Positions 39,101 to 51,100 of a DNA stretch of 64,000 nt are shown here, one piece after another. Source of the stretch: Tubiluchus corallicola (taxonomy: Eukaryota; Animalia; Priapulida); assembly GCA_030141605.1 (NCBI GenBank), contig JAQGDQ010000060.1:434001-498000 (forward strand), given 5' to 3'. The notes under the pieces were generated by a model. That model made no database searches, had not been told where the DNA came from, and worked only from the letters and a program-made list of their open reading frames with translations. The position numbers and the translations under genes are program-made. Numbering within the stretch: the first letter of the stretch is position 1; each line of letters begins with the position of its first letter.

Positions 39101-42100
39101 ACTGATCAACTTCTTTCTGTTTGCTTGTCAAACCATCTATTTTTCTTACCAATACCTAGTTAGTGGTTTCTCTTCTGTTGAAGTTTACGCAGCAGTTAAC
39201 AATAAGCAATGCACAGTCAAAGCTAAACCCTGGCGCAACCTTGGGATAACTTCATCTATATACATAGTCTACTTGCTATGGCAACTCTTCTCTCCAGCAA
39301 GTTTGCAACCAGGTGTCGTTAAATCGGAGGCGTATAAATTGCAATTTGATCTCACTTGATACAAACGGCTAACATTTAGTAGTCAGTCGGTAGGTAGAAA
39401 CATAATAATAATTGTAGTGTTTTAATTACTAAAGTATTTTTAGAACAGAATAATGCAATATGTGCTCATTTGTGCTTCAAATTAGGCAAAAATGTTGTTT
39501 ATAAAATAAAAATAGGCCTTGAGCAAAGTAAAAAAATGTCACCAAAATGAGAATGCGACGTTAAGTGAAAAAAAGTGTCAAATATTCAGTACCATTAAAA
39601 CAAAACTGGGAGTCGTTAAGCAAGGACTTACTGTACACGTAGACTGTCACGACTTACTGTACACGTAGACTGTTACGACTTACTGTACACGTAGACTGTT
39701 ACGACTTACTGTACACGTAGACTGTTACGACTTACTGTACACGTAGACTGTTACGACTTACTGTACACGTAGACTGTTACGACTTACTGTACACGTAGAC
39801 TGTTACGACTTACTGTACACGTAGACTGTTACGACTTACTGTACACGTAGACTGTTACGACTTACTGTACACGTAGACTGTTACGACTTACTGTACACGT
39901 AGACTGTTACGACTTACTGTACACGTAGACTGTTACGACTTACTGTACACGTAGACTGTTACGACTTACTGTACACGTAGACTGTTACAACTTACTGTAC
40001 ACGTAGACTGTTAAGACTTACTGTACACGTAGACTGTTACGACTTACTGTACACGTAGACTGTTACGACTTACTGTACACGTAGACTGTTACAACTTACT
40101 GTACACGTAGACTGTTACGACTTACTGTACACGTAGACTGTTACGACTTACTGTACACGTAGACTGTTACGACTTACTGTACACGTAGACTGTTACGACT
40201 TACTGTACACGTAGACTGTTACGACTTACTGTACACGTAGACTGTTACGACTTACTGTACACGTAGACTGTTACGACTTACTGTACACGTAGACTGTTAC
40301 GACTTACTGTACACGTAGACTGTTACGACTTACTGTACACGTAGACTGTTACGACTTACTGTACACGTAGACTGTTACGACTTACTGTACACGTAGACTG
40401 TTACGACTTACTGTACACGTAGACTGTTACGACTTACTGTACACGTAGACTGTTACGACTTACTGTACACGTAGACTGTTACGACTTACTGTACACGTAG
40501 ACTGTTACGACTTACTGTACACGTAGACTGTTACGACTTACTGTACACGTAGACTGTTACGACTTACTGTACACGTAGACTGTTACGACTTACTGTACAC
40601 GTAGACTGTTACGACTTACTGTACACGTAGACTGTTACAAGAGCCGCATTGAATGCGCAGCCTAAAAATTCAAAAAGCAGTAAATGTGTTCACCCACCTT
40701 CCACTTTCCATCCATACCGCGAGCTTCTTCCATAAGGACAGTGTGAACCTGAACTATGATCATTGCATCGAAAGGTGCATGATCACCAGAAGTCAGGCAC
40801 GTGCCGTTACTGTAAACGATCTCCAAGAGCGATTTGTCAAACCAGCGATTTACGCAGTCTCTGCCTAACATACCTTCTCTGAGAATCTGGAAAATGCAAA
40901 TGAATCTCTCCTAGCTGATGGAATTTAGTCTCACTTTAAACGCATCCCAGACTAACAAAATGCGATTCAAATGATAATGAAATTTTTGTAAATACAATAG
41001 GTGCCGCTTAATAGACTCACGGTTAACAGACTCAATCGCTTAATCGACTCAAAAATGCCTCGAACGGGCCACTTCTGTTCAAATATACAGTAGGTGCCGC
41101 TTAATAGACTCACGGTTAATAGATTCAATCCCTTAATTTATTCAAAAATGCCTGGAACAGGCCAATTCTGTTCAAATATACAGTAGGTGCCGCTTAATAG
41201 ACTCACGGTTAATAGATTCAATCCCTTAATTTATTCAAAAATGCCTGGAACAGGCCAATTCTGTTCAAATATACAGTAGGCGCTGCTTAATTGACTCACC
41301 GGTAACAGACTCAATCCCTTAATTTACTCAAAAATGCCTGGAACGGGCCACTTCTGTTCAAATATACAGTAGGCGCCGCTTAATAGACTCAATCCCTTAA
41401 TTTACTCAAAAACGCCTGGAACGGGCCACTTTTATTGGTAATTGACTCAAATAACTATTATTGTATTATTTGTATATTAGATATTTGTATGTGGCCAAAG
41501 AACCTTTCCTACTTTTATGTCTTTACTTCCCTTTTGTGCACTATGTATACAGAAAAAATCATGTTAAGTACCGTTTTGTATGCAAGCAGGTACGTTTATC
41601 ATGCGCTAATACGCTAGCGTAGTGATTTTGCTTTAAATCTCTTACCCGCTCGCCCTCTGTTACCCAACGAATTTCTGGAAGCTAAACATTTAATCACTTG
41701 CCTAGCGGTTTCCTTTTGTTGCAAATCACGCTTTCAAGCTTGATGAGTTTACAGTCAAAGATGCAGGTACAGTAATCAGCCAGTATTCCTTGTGACACAA
41801 TAACAGATTTTCAACGTTTTTATAATTACGAGAACTTTGTGGGCCAACTTCTGAACGAGAAAATGAAGAAGCCGACTTTGAAGGAATTTTTGTAATTTTT
41901 GCAAATAAATAGATTTAGAAAAGTCTGTGATTTAGAAAAGTATACTTTTTAATTTATTGCTAATTCACTTATATAAATTAATATTTTAAAATATTTTTCT
42001 AATTTATAAGTGCATAAAGGAATTTAGGCATTACTTCGTTTCTAAATTTGATTAAAAGCCTTTGCAGTGCATAGTAAGCTGGTGACATACTTCTATACCT

Positions 42101-45100
42101 GTAAATTACACCCATCGGTTAATAGGTTCAGTCGGTTAATTGGGTCAAAACACTTCAGTCCCAAAGTGAGTCTATTAAGCGGTGCCTACTGTACCAAAAA
42201 CAGCAGCATTTTAAAATTTGACTGTGACATACAAGCGCACAAATTTGTTCTTGAAAATTAATGTAACGTAAAATTAATCTAAATAGCTCACTAAATCATT
42301 TAAGATCTCAGCACACTTAACAATAAAACACATTTAAATTTCACTAGAAACATGAAATTTAAAAAAGACATTAAAATTTAAAAATTCATCATAAAAAGCA
42401 CAATTCTAAACTCTTGTGTTTTAAGATACTGTTTAAAAGGAATCTAATTAATTTGTAGAATGCACAGCAACGGCTAACTTATTCCAGAGATGCGGAGCAT
42501 GTATTAGAATGCTGTATTAGAGATTGGCTGATGTAAATTAATCCACTAGCATTAGAACAACCGTGTTCAGCCCATGTTACGGTATCCAAAGAATAAAAGA
42601 GTACTAATCTCAGAGTTATTAACAAAGAAAGGATTGAGCAATTCCAGTGTAAAAGCAAAGTTAACAGAATTATTAACTAACTGTTATGGACACTGGCTGT
42701 GAACATACTAAGATCTAATTAGAGTACCTCGTCATCATTAACAGGCATTGCTTTATCGAAACAAATTCCTAAAATAGCACTCTGAATCATGAATAGATTG
42801 TCTTCATTCCGCTTGCTGAGTGAGATCAATTTTTCCCTGCACTAGAAACAACATTTAAAAATAAACAAAATTTTGACATAGTTACAAAACAGATCAGCAA
42901 ATAATGTTTACTTTTTGACAAATAAGAGCCTGTAAATGCAATGCAGCAGACCTCTCAAAGATACACTCATAATCAAAAATACGCGAACATCCTATCTAGT
43001 GTTCGTTTACTTACTTAACGCAAAGCCAGCAGCAGCAGCTTTTACTGAATTAAAGTTATAGGCAGAGTATAATGGATGACGTCAGAACAATGGCTTTGCG
43101 TCAGCAGTTTTCTAAGCGAAAATTGCCAAAAATAGAACATCTAATTAACTCGTCGGTACTCCTCTTGGTGGACGTGTCCTAAAATGCAGCCCACATTATC
43201 GTGTAGCCCTGTTCTTCTTCTTTCTAAAGAGCTATATATCTCCTTTCGAGAGTCCCACCAGGTGCCGCTAGAACGTTTTTTCTACAGGCTGTTTGACAAA
43301 AATTTGGAAACTATCGGGAGTTTGGTCCGGGAAAACGCCCGTTGCCGTGACCCTCCTGCAAATTCTAAATATGCCTACTACACCCACCGCTGAACGGGCT
43401 ATCTATCCATGGCCAGCACCACCCATGGCCCATTCCCGTTCTTCAGAAATAAGAGGTATACATTTTGCAAAAAAGGCTGTTCTAATACTGAGTCTGTCAA
43501 ACGTCTTTAGCTACTTGGTGAAAGTGCAGACCAAATGAGCAAACATTGTCTTAAGTACGAAAACGATTCCTTTTGTGATTGGCTCTTATGGACATGAATG
43601 GTAAATATAAAAATGTATGACACTTCCAATTAGTTCATGTTTTATGTGGGAACTAGTGCTACAGTTCCTCTGGTCACAAAAACTTAACTGGCTGCTTCCC
43701 AAGTACTGCTCAATTATATTTTAGAGCTACGTAACTCAGTTTATGAAAGAAAAATTGAAAAACTGCTGTTGCATACGCTTTATAAACAACTTTTGGTTTG
43801 CTGCTGCTTTTCTATTCAATTTAATTCAATTTTAATTTATTTATCTCTTTATCATACTACAATAAAACATGATTAATAAAAGAATTACTAATAAGTTTTG
43901 AAGAATGGTTAAAATGTATAGATAGATCTAGAACTAGAGAAATGATAGCAAAAAGACCATATAGTCACCTAGTCTGCTGTCCTTTACCGAATATAAATAA
44001 AATGATTGTCAGACACTGATGGGCATTAATGTCGTCAGTTTAATTTAGGAAACATTATTAATTTGTAAAATTATGACATTTGCTATATAATTAAGTAATC
44101 CAGTGTAAAGAAAATACATGTACTATAAATTAGTGGGCAACAAAATAAGGTCAATATTGATTAAACTAAAAATAGCAGTTAGATTTTTAGTCAGGTCAAA
44201 TTTGCTATGTAATAATAGGGACACTTTGGGTTAATAATACAGTTAATCAACAATGAGAATTAAATAGATTTTCAGTTGGGTCATCATTTCTAGGATTGTT
44301 GAGTAAAAATATATCTGTAATTAAGTTATCCAAAAATAAAGAATATACAGCCGTTTGCATCACAGATGCTTGTGGTGTGTTAAAGGATACTAATGAATAG
44401 AAAACTTGTTTCTTATACAGACACTTAAAAGAAATACACTTAGAACCATGCAAACACAAGCCAAATGAACACTAATGTTACAGCATAGCACACTGGACAG
44501 GTATGCATGTGTTGCTTAAGCCAACCCCCATTCATTTTGTTACAATTTTATTCATAATAATGTTCTTCCATAGCAAAATCTTCCGTAATTTGGCAATTAA
44601 GTTTTCTAGTTATTCACATATCCTGAATCTCTATTTCATGAGGATCATTTTGGTACCAAGTTCATCCCATCTGTGTTATTTCTAAGCTGAGATAATGCAT
44701 GCTGAAGTTGAGGTGCAGGCTATGCAGTGAAAAACAATCTTGACAAAATCACTGTTAAAGTCAGTCATTGTTTTTTTTCACGTTTCTACAAAACCCTTAG
44801 CAACCGCACAAATGTTGGTTGCTATGGACTTTGCAAGAGCACATTGAGGTTATGTTTAAATCCGGTAGATGGCTCTTTCTGACGAACACCTGTGCTTGAC
44901 AGCAGAAAAACCCGGAAGCAAAATGACAGCTTCCAGGAGCTACTATCAGAGTTTGAAAATAGGAGTTTTTTACTATTGCAGTACTAGTTACTAGTCACTA
45001 TTGCAGTACTAATTACTAGTCACTATTGCAGTACTAGTTTTACTGCAGAACAGAATCAAGTAATTTGCATGATCTTTGTAAGACCACTTTTTTACTCTTA

Positions 45101-48100
45101 GTTCAAAAACTTGTTCGAACTCAATTCGAATTTGATTCTTCGCATTCGAAATACTGAAATTCGGTTAGATTCGAATTCGAAAGTCAAAAAATTTGATTTG
45201 ATTTGAATTCGCTTTATCGTAGAGAATGTTCACCCCTACTGCTGGTACACTACACAGTTACATAGCAGAAGCGAACACATCAGTATTGTAATTATAAACA
45301 CAACTAACACTCACATTAAACCATGAAACTCTGTCTGTAGCAGTCATTGCTCCCAGACCGACGCCTTCTCCCTTACGCAAACCATCGTCGTACACCCACT
45401 GCAGTTGCTGCTGCAGCTCAGGTACGGTTAGCATCGTCCCGTCGTCATGGAAACCCTCCAAGCGGTAGATGTGACCGTTATGAAAGACCACAATGTGTGT
45501 GGGAGATTCCCCCTCATCCTCTGAAAAATAATGTTGTTTATTTCTGTTTGGCATAGATTTTAATCGCAGGTTTAAGAAACATTAAAATGGTGTTTACACT
45601 GGCATCCGCAATGCGTATGCATTATGAGACCTGAGTTAAGCGCTATTTCTTCTCCAGCTGTTTCTTATTGATTAATATGCAGCTATTCTACAGGTAGATG
45701 ATGCATTCCGGATGCCAGGTAAACACCATTTAAGAGCATTTAATAGGGTCTCTGTAACAGGATTAGTTTGCAAATTAGTGGTACAATGAAAGCATTATGC
45801 CTGCAAACCTGTTTTAAAATAACGATGAAGGGTGTCAATGTCTTTTCCAGGTATCCGACAGCAACTGGGCCAACTGCGGAACTGATTCATACACCACAAG
45901 TTGCCTCCTGATACAGTTACTGGAACAGTTTGCCTGCAAAGTATGGCAAATTGTCACTGTTAATCATCAACTGGCACCATTGACAAAATGGCTACTGATA
46001 AGGATACTAACAAATGACTGTGATTAATCAGCTGGCATCACTAATAAAATGGCTACTTATAAGGATACCAACAAATGACTGTGATTAATCAGCCAGCATC
46101 ACTAATAAAATGGCTACTTATAAGGACACCAACAAACAATTATGATTGATCTTCAGTTGGCACCACTGACAAAATGGCTACTGATAAAGATACCAACAAG
46201 TAATTCTGATTAATCAGCCAGCACCACTGACAAAATGGCTACTGATAAGGACTACCAACAGATGATTGTGATGTGACAAAAATAGTGTCATCAGTTATTA
46301 AATCTATGAAACTATGAAAGATAAACTTGCAAGCAATAAAATTAAATGTTTTGACAGAAATGTTTAAAGCTTTAGTAACAAATGTGGTGCTTTTTTACAC
46401 AATTCCCAAAGCCAGATTTGGTACGACAAATGGAACGTAACACAGAGTAAGCAGTGAACCGGCGGTCACTCATCCATTTACCGACCAACCGCAATGTTCC
46501 TTAACTTTTGCTGTTATATACAGGCTGTAACCATTCCCCCTCGCCTCTAATAAGTGTATCAAAAACTGGCTTGTCATTGGCACAATAAGTAACAGCTTGT
46601 CATTGTATAATACACAGCACACGTACATAATAAATCAAAATAACAATGTATTAGCTCCAAAACAGACATATACAACTTCAATGACAAATTTCATTTAATA
46701 ACTATTTGTAATTCAGTGTGAGACCTAAGAGAATTCTACTTGGGGGCAGTAGATTAAATTATGCTACAGGCAGAAATTCAATAATTTAGCCAAACTTACT
46801 TTCGTAGTTTTTGCCAGAATCCAAGCCTTTGCCATACGAGAAAAGCTGCCCTTTCCAGCTGTGTGCCAGCTTGTGGCGGCCAGACGGTATTCCACATAGG
46901 CCCCGGACCGTAAAAGTTGATGTACGGATGAATTGGCATTCTCAGTTTCAAGTAAACATTATCCTCCCAAAGTCTTTCTATCTTTAAGCAGAGATATTCC
47001 AGTTAAGTGAAACCGTGAAAAGATATAAAAAGATCATAGGTAAGTGTAAAGACAGAAACGTCTCAACAAAGGTTAATACAACTGAATAGTTTATTGTAAC
47101 ATAATCAGCACGTAAATCTCCCATAAAGTGGATTAACCTGACTGTTCAGAGCACAGGTGAGTAAGCAGACAGGTGACTAACAGGTAACAAACTGAAAGCT
47201 GGCCAAAACTAAAAGCTTTACATTACTGCCACAGATGGCGCCTCGACAATGAATTTGTAAGCAGATTAACAAAAAAACATACTAAGACTGCTACAATGAG
47301 ACTGTCAATACCAGAATGTTCATAAACTACTGCGGTTTATTTCACAACAATTATTACCTATTGCGGTAATGAGTTGAAGAAAGAAAGAAAACTGGTTCAC
47401 TGAATTGGTTCACTGTATCATGATGGTTGGTTGGCATCCTTCTGTCTCGGAAGACAATGGAGTGTGTGCCAAGAGAGTCAGTTATTGATCACATTGATGG
47501 AGTTGCAGCGTCGACTGTGGTTGAGCAGTGCGATCCTTGAACGTCTCCAGGGCGCACGCCTGGGCAAGGTATATGGAGATCCTAAGTTGCCCAGACAACA
47601 GGAACCCCTTCTCTTCCTCCCTGGTGTAGTCCAAAGGAAAGCGGAGTGATACGTTTGGCACCAGGTTGGCTGCACGAGCTGCCGGAGTCAGTGAGCATGC
47701 TGCACTGGTCCGCCTTCGGGGCTCCACTCCTGATTTGTGTGTCATGATATTGTTCCAAATTACACTAATGAATGATATCGACTGCAATATGAACATTTTG
47801 GAATTCACAATCACTATCTAATTAATGATATCATTAATTGCCAGCTAACTTGAAAAAGATGATATAAGTATCTCCTGCTGTTATGATACAAGTGGCGCTA
47901 CTGGACTGTTCTACAAAGAGGAAATCTCGGGCCTTGTGACGATCCCATATGTCTATGGTGCCTCTCTTCAGCATCAGTTCGAGACGTATTTGCCCTTGCA
48001 CCACGGTGGTTATTACAACCCCACTGTGTATAGCTACTTCATTCGAGCTTAGATAGTAATAAGTATTTCGTTTGCTCTAATCTTTCCCCACTTCAATGAT

Positions 48101-51100
48101 AATCGCTTATTCTATGAAGCACTTGCTTGACACTGACCTATTTTCCTGATCGCCGTTACCTGTGTGGAAATAGACGGTCAGTCTGAGCTATGCGACGTTC
48201 AGTTACACACATGTCAAAAGTGGTAGAAATGCTTTCACCTTTTAACTAGCCCAGACAAACATAGAACGATTATCAGTAGTTTGATGCTTTGAACCTTTAT
48301 TGTTCCAAATTACCTAATGAATGGAGCACTAGGTGAAAGAACTAGCTGCAGTGTAATTGTTAGGGAGGAACGTAGTATGCCTGCTATGGGATGGTGATTA
48401 GTGGCCATATTTGATGGATTGGTAGATAATCACACCTGGTGAGACCATAGTAGTGGTGGAAGTTGGCCTCCGAGTTATTAGAGTCGTTGCTTGAGAGGAC
48501 TCCCATACGAGTCAGCCATTGGTTGGAGTTCCCAGAACCAATGATGGGAGTACGCTGGTGGTGAGCGACAGATACAAGTCATCAAGAGCTCCTTTCTTGC
48601 TCTTTGTGGTGAACAGGACTTGTTGAGAAACCAGCCGACCAACAAGACGTCTGTACATTATTTCCCCCATTACGCGGCGCCACGATATGAGTATTTAGCT
48701 AGAGCACTAATGTTGAGGTAGCTATAGATTATGTACATTTTATGTGTTTGCATTGTATTACAACCTAGCTTAATATGTTAAAATTATCGTATCAAAATAT
48801 GCCGTTAAACCTAAGCTTAGCTCTTTTGCTATTGAAGACGTAATTGGTGCCTGATGACTACAGGAGTAACATCATGAGAACCCCCCTTAGCTATAAGCCC
48901 TCATCACACTCGGCTAGCAGTCAGGTCTCGGGTACTTCCTCAACCTACGAACCGACACCCAGTATGCCGTCAATAGCCTGCTCTGTCATGTCAGGTGATG
49001 GAACATGGGAGGTCTAATCTTAGGTCTCCGGTTCGAGTCCGGACTGGTTCACAATTTTTCAGCATCTACTTTCTTCAACTCATTACCCTCGGTGGGTAAT
49101 AATTGTTGTGAAACAAACATATTATGGATCATTCTGGCATTCACAGTCATAATCTAATTAATGATTTCGTTAATTGCCAAATAATTTGAAAAAGTTGAGA
49201 CCAAAGATTTGATTGTAATTTTAAGCATGTTACGTACTTGTTCCAGGTAAAAAAAAGTTTTTTAAATAAAATATCATCGTACCACAAAGTACATGAAATA
49301 AACAGCATTCTAGCATTCCTTTTAGTTTAAAAATACTATTAACAGACATAAAAAAACAGATGATATTGAATTTTATTGCTCTAAAGTTACTAAAAGTTAA
49401 CACTGTCCTTTACCAAAAGTGCTGGCGAGTGCTGTTTCAAGCATTTCCACATTACAACAATGACGAACGCATTTAATAATGCACTTACTAAAATACCGGT
49501 AAATTTTTTAAAAAAATTTAAATTTATTAATTTATTCAATTAATTTATTCAACAGACTGAAGTTCATAAAAACAGTTTCGTGTACAGGCACGAGTCCTAA
49601 ACAAGCTAATATCACTGACCGTAATTTAGTTGTACTATGCACTTATAGACTATGGACTTACTACAACACACATGTAGACTACGAACTTAGTACCATGAAC
49701 CCGGTTTGTTACTTTGCGGTAAAGGTGACTTTAGTGACTTTGCGATGTAGTACATTTTATATGTAGTGTATTCTATAAATGTAGAAAGACAGTATGCTCA
49801 TTAATAGCTAAAAATCTTGAATTTTACCCAGTTTCTCTCCTTTGCTGCCCTTTGCTTGAGTTCTTCATGTAATGTGATGCCGATGCCATTGTAGAAATCA
49901 TCTACAATTTTCTTGGTTTTTTCAAACTCTTTTGCAGTCACATGAGGTTTTACTGTAAAAAGAATTTCAGAAAGTAAAGCAACAGCATGTCACTCATGGT
50001 CACCTATTTTATTCTACAAAAAGCAGCGAATGCACACTCGCCACTACTGGTGAAAGTATGAACTGTATAAGGAGTCTGAACTTATACCAGGTTCCCACAA
50101 AATTTTAAAATAAATTTCACTGACTTTTCCATGACCTTTCCCTGACCAAATATTGATTTTCCATGACCAAGATAAGCAGAAATTGCATTACCAGTATACA
50201 TATTCAAACATTTTTGTGTACGGACATTCATACATATACTGATATATAATGTGTCGGCCAATCATTATTTTTGGAACAGAAATCGAAACTGGGAGCCTGC
50301 CATAACAAAATTTTATTTGAACACGAATCAGTGAAAAATATGTTTGGAAAGATATTGGTTCACGGTGATTATTTTTGCAACCCTTTCCAATTTTCTCGAC
50401 TTTTGCCCCATTTTCATCATTTTCCCTGACTTTTCCACGACTTTCCAGGATAGTTTGTATTTTCAAGGATTTGCCAGGATTTTCCCTGACCTTGGGAACC
50501 CCGTTGTAGAAATACCAAGATAAAGCAGTTATAGCTATTAAATTAGAGAAACACACATTGGTGTGTTGGCAGAAATTCTGCTTCCATGATAAGCATGTGT
50601 AGGACAGTAAATGGAAGTTACACCAGCTCATGTTTAGAAACTTTTTTCATTTGTGGGAAAACAGGATTCATCCCATGGTAACACAGAAGTATAAAGCAGT
50701 ATCATATGATGCTGTTATTATGGCATTATGACCTTTTGGGGGTGGATTATGACCATTTGGGGCCCTCTCAAACGGAGCCATCCTCTAACTCAACGCACCC
50801 GTCTTGAATATTTTTTACTCATGATATATTTATAGCTTGAAGTAAACTTATTTTAATCTTAAATAACTATCTTTTATTTGACAATATTATTATTATTATC
50901 AATAAATAGCTATCTTTATTTGACAATATTATTATTATCAATAAATAGCTATCTTTTATTTGACAATATTATTATGATCAATAAATAGCTATCTTTATTT
51001 GACAATATTATTATTATCAATAAATAGCTATCTTTTATTTGACAATATTATTATGATCAATAAATAGCTATCTTTATTTGACAATATTATTATTATCAAT

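Noticed and set aside
39625-40638. CRISPR array (also considered 63218-63433 and 40995-41435)
   Set aside because: Units are contiguous with no unique spacers, there are no cas genes, and the context is eukaryotic intronic or intergenic DNA
47890-47975. Possible hammerhead on the minus strand (CTGAAGAG...CCCGAGA)
   Set aside because: No convincing stems I-III and no GAAA core
48975-49055. tRNA gene
   Set aside because: Only a B-box/T-loop is recognisable; no complete cloverleaf or acceptor stem
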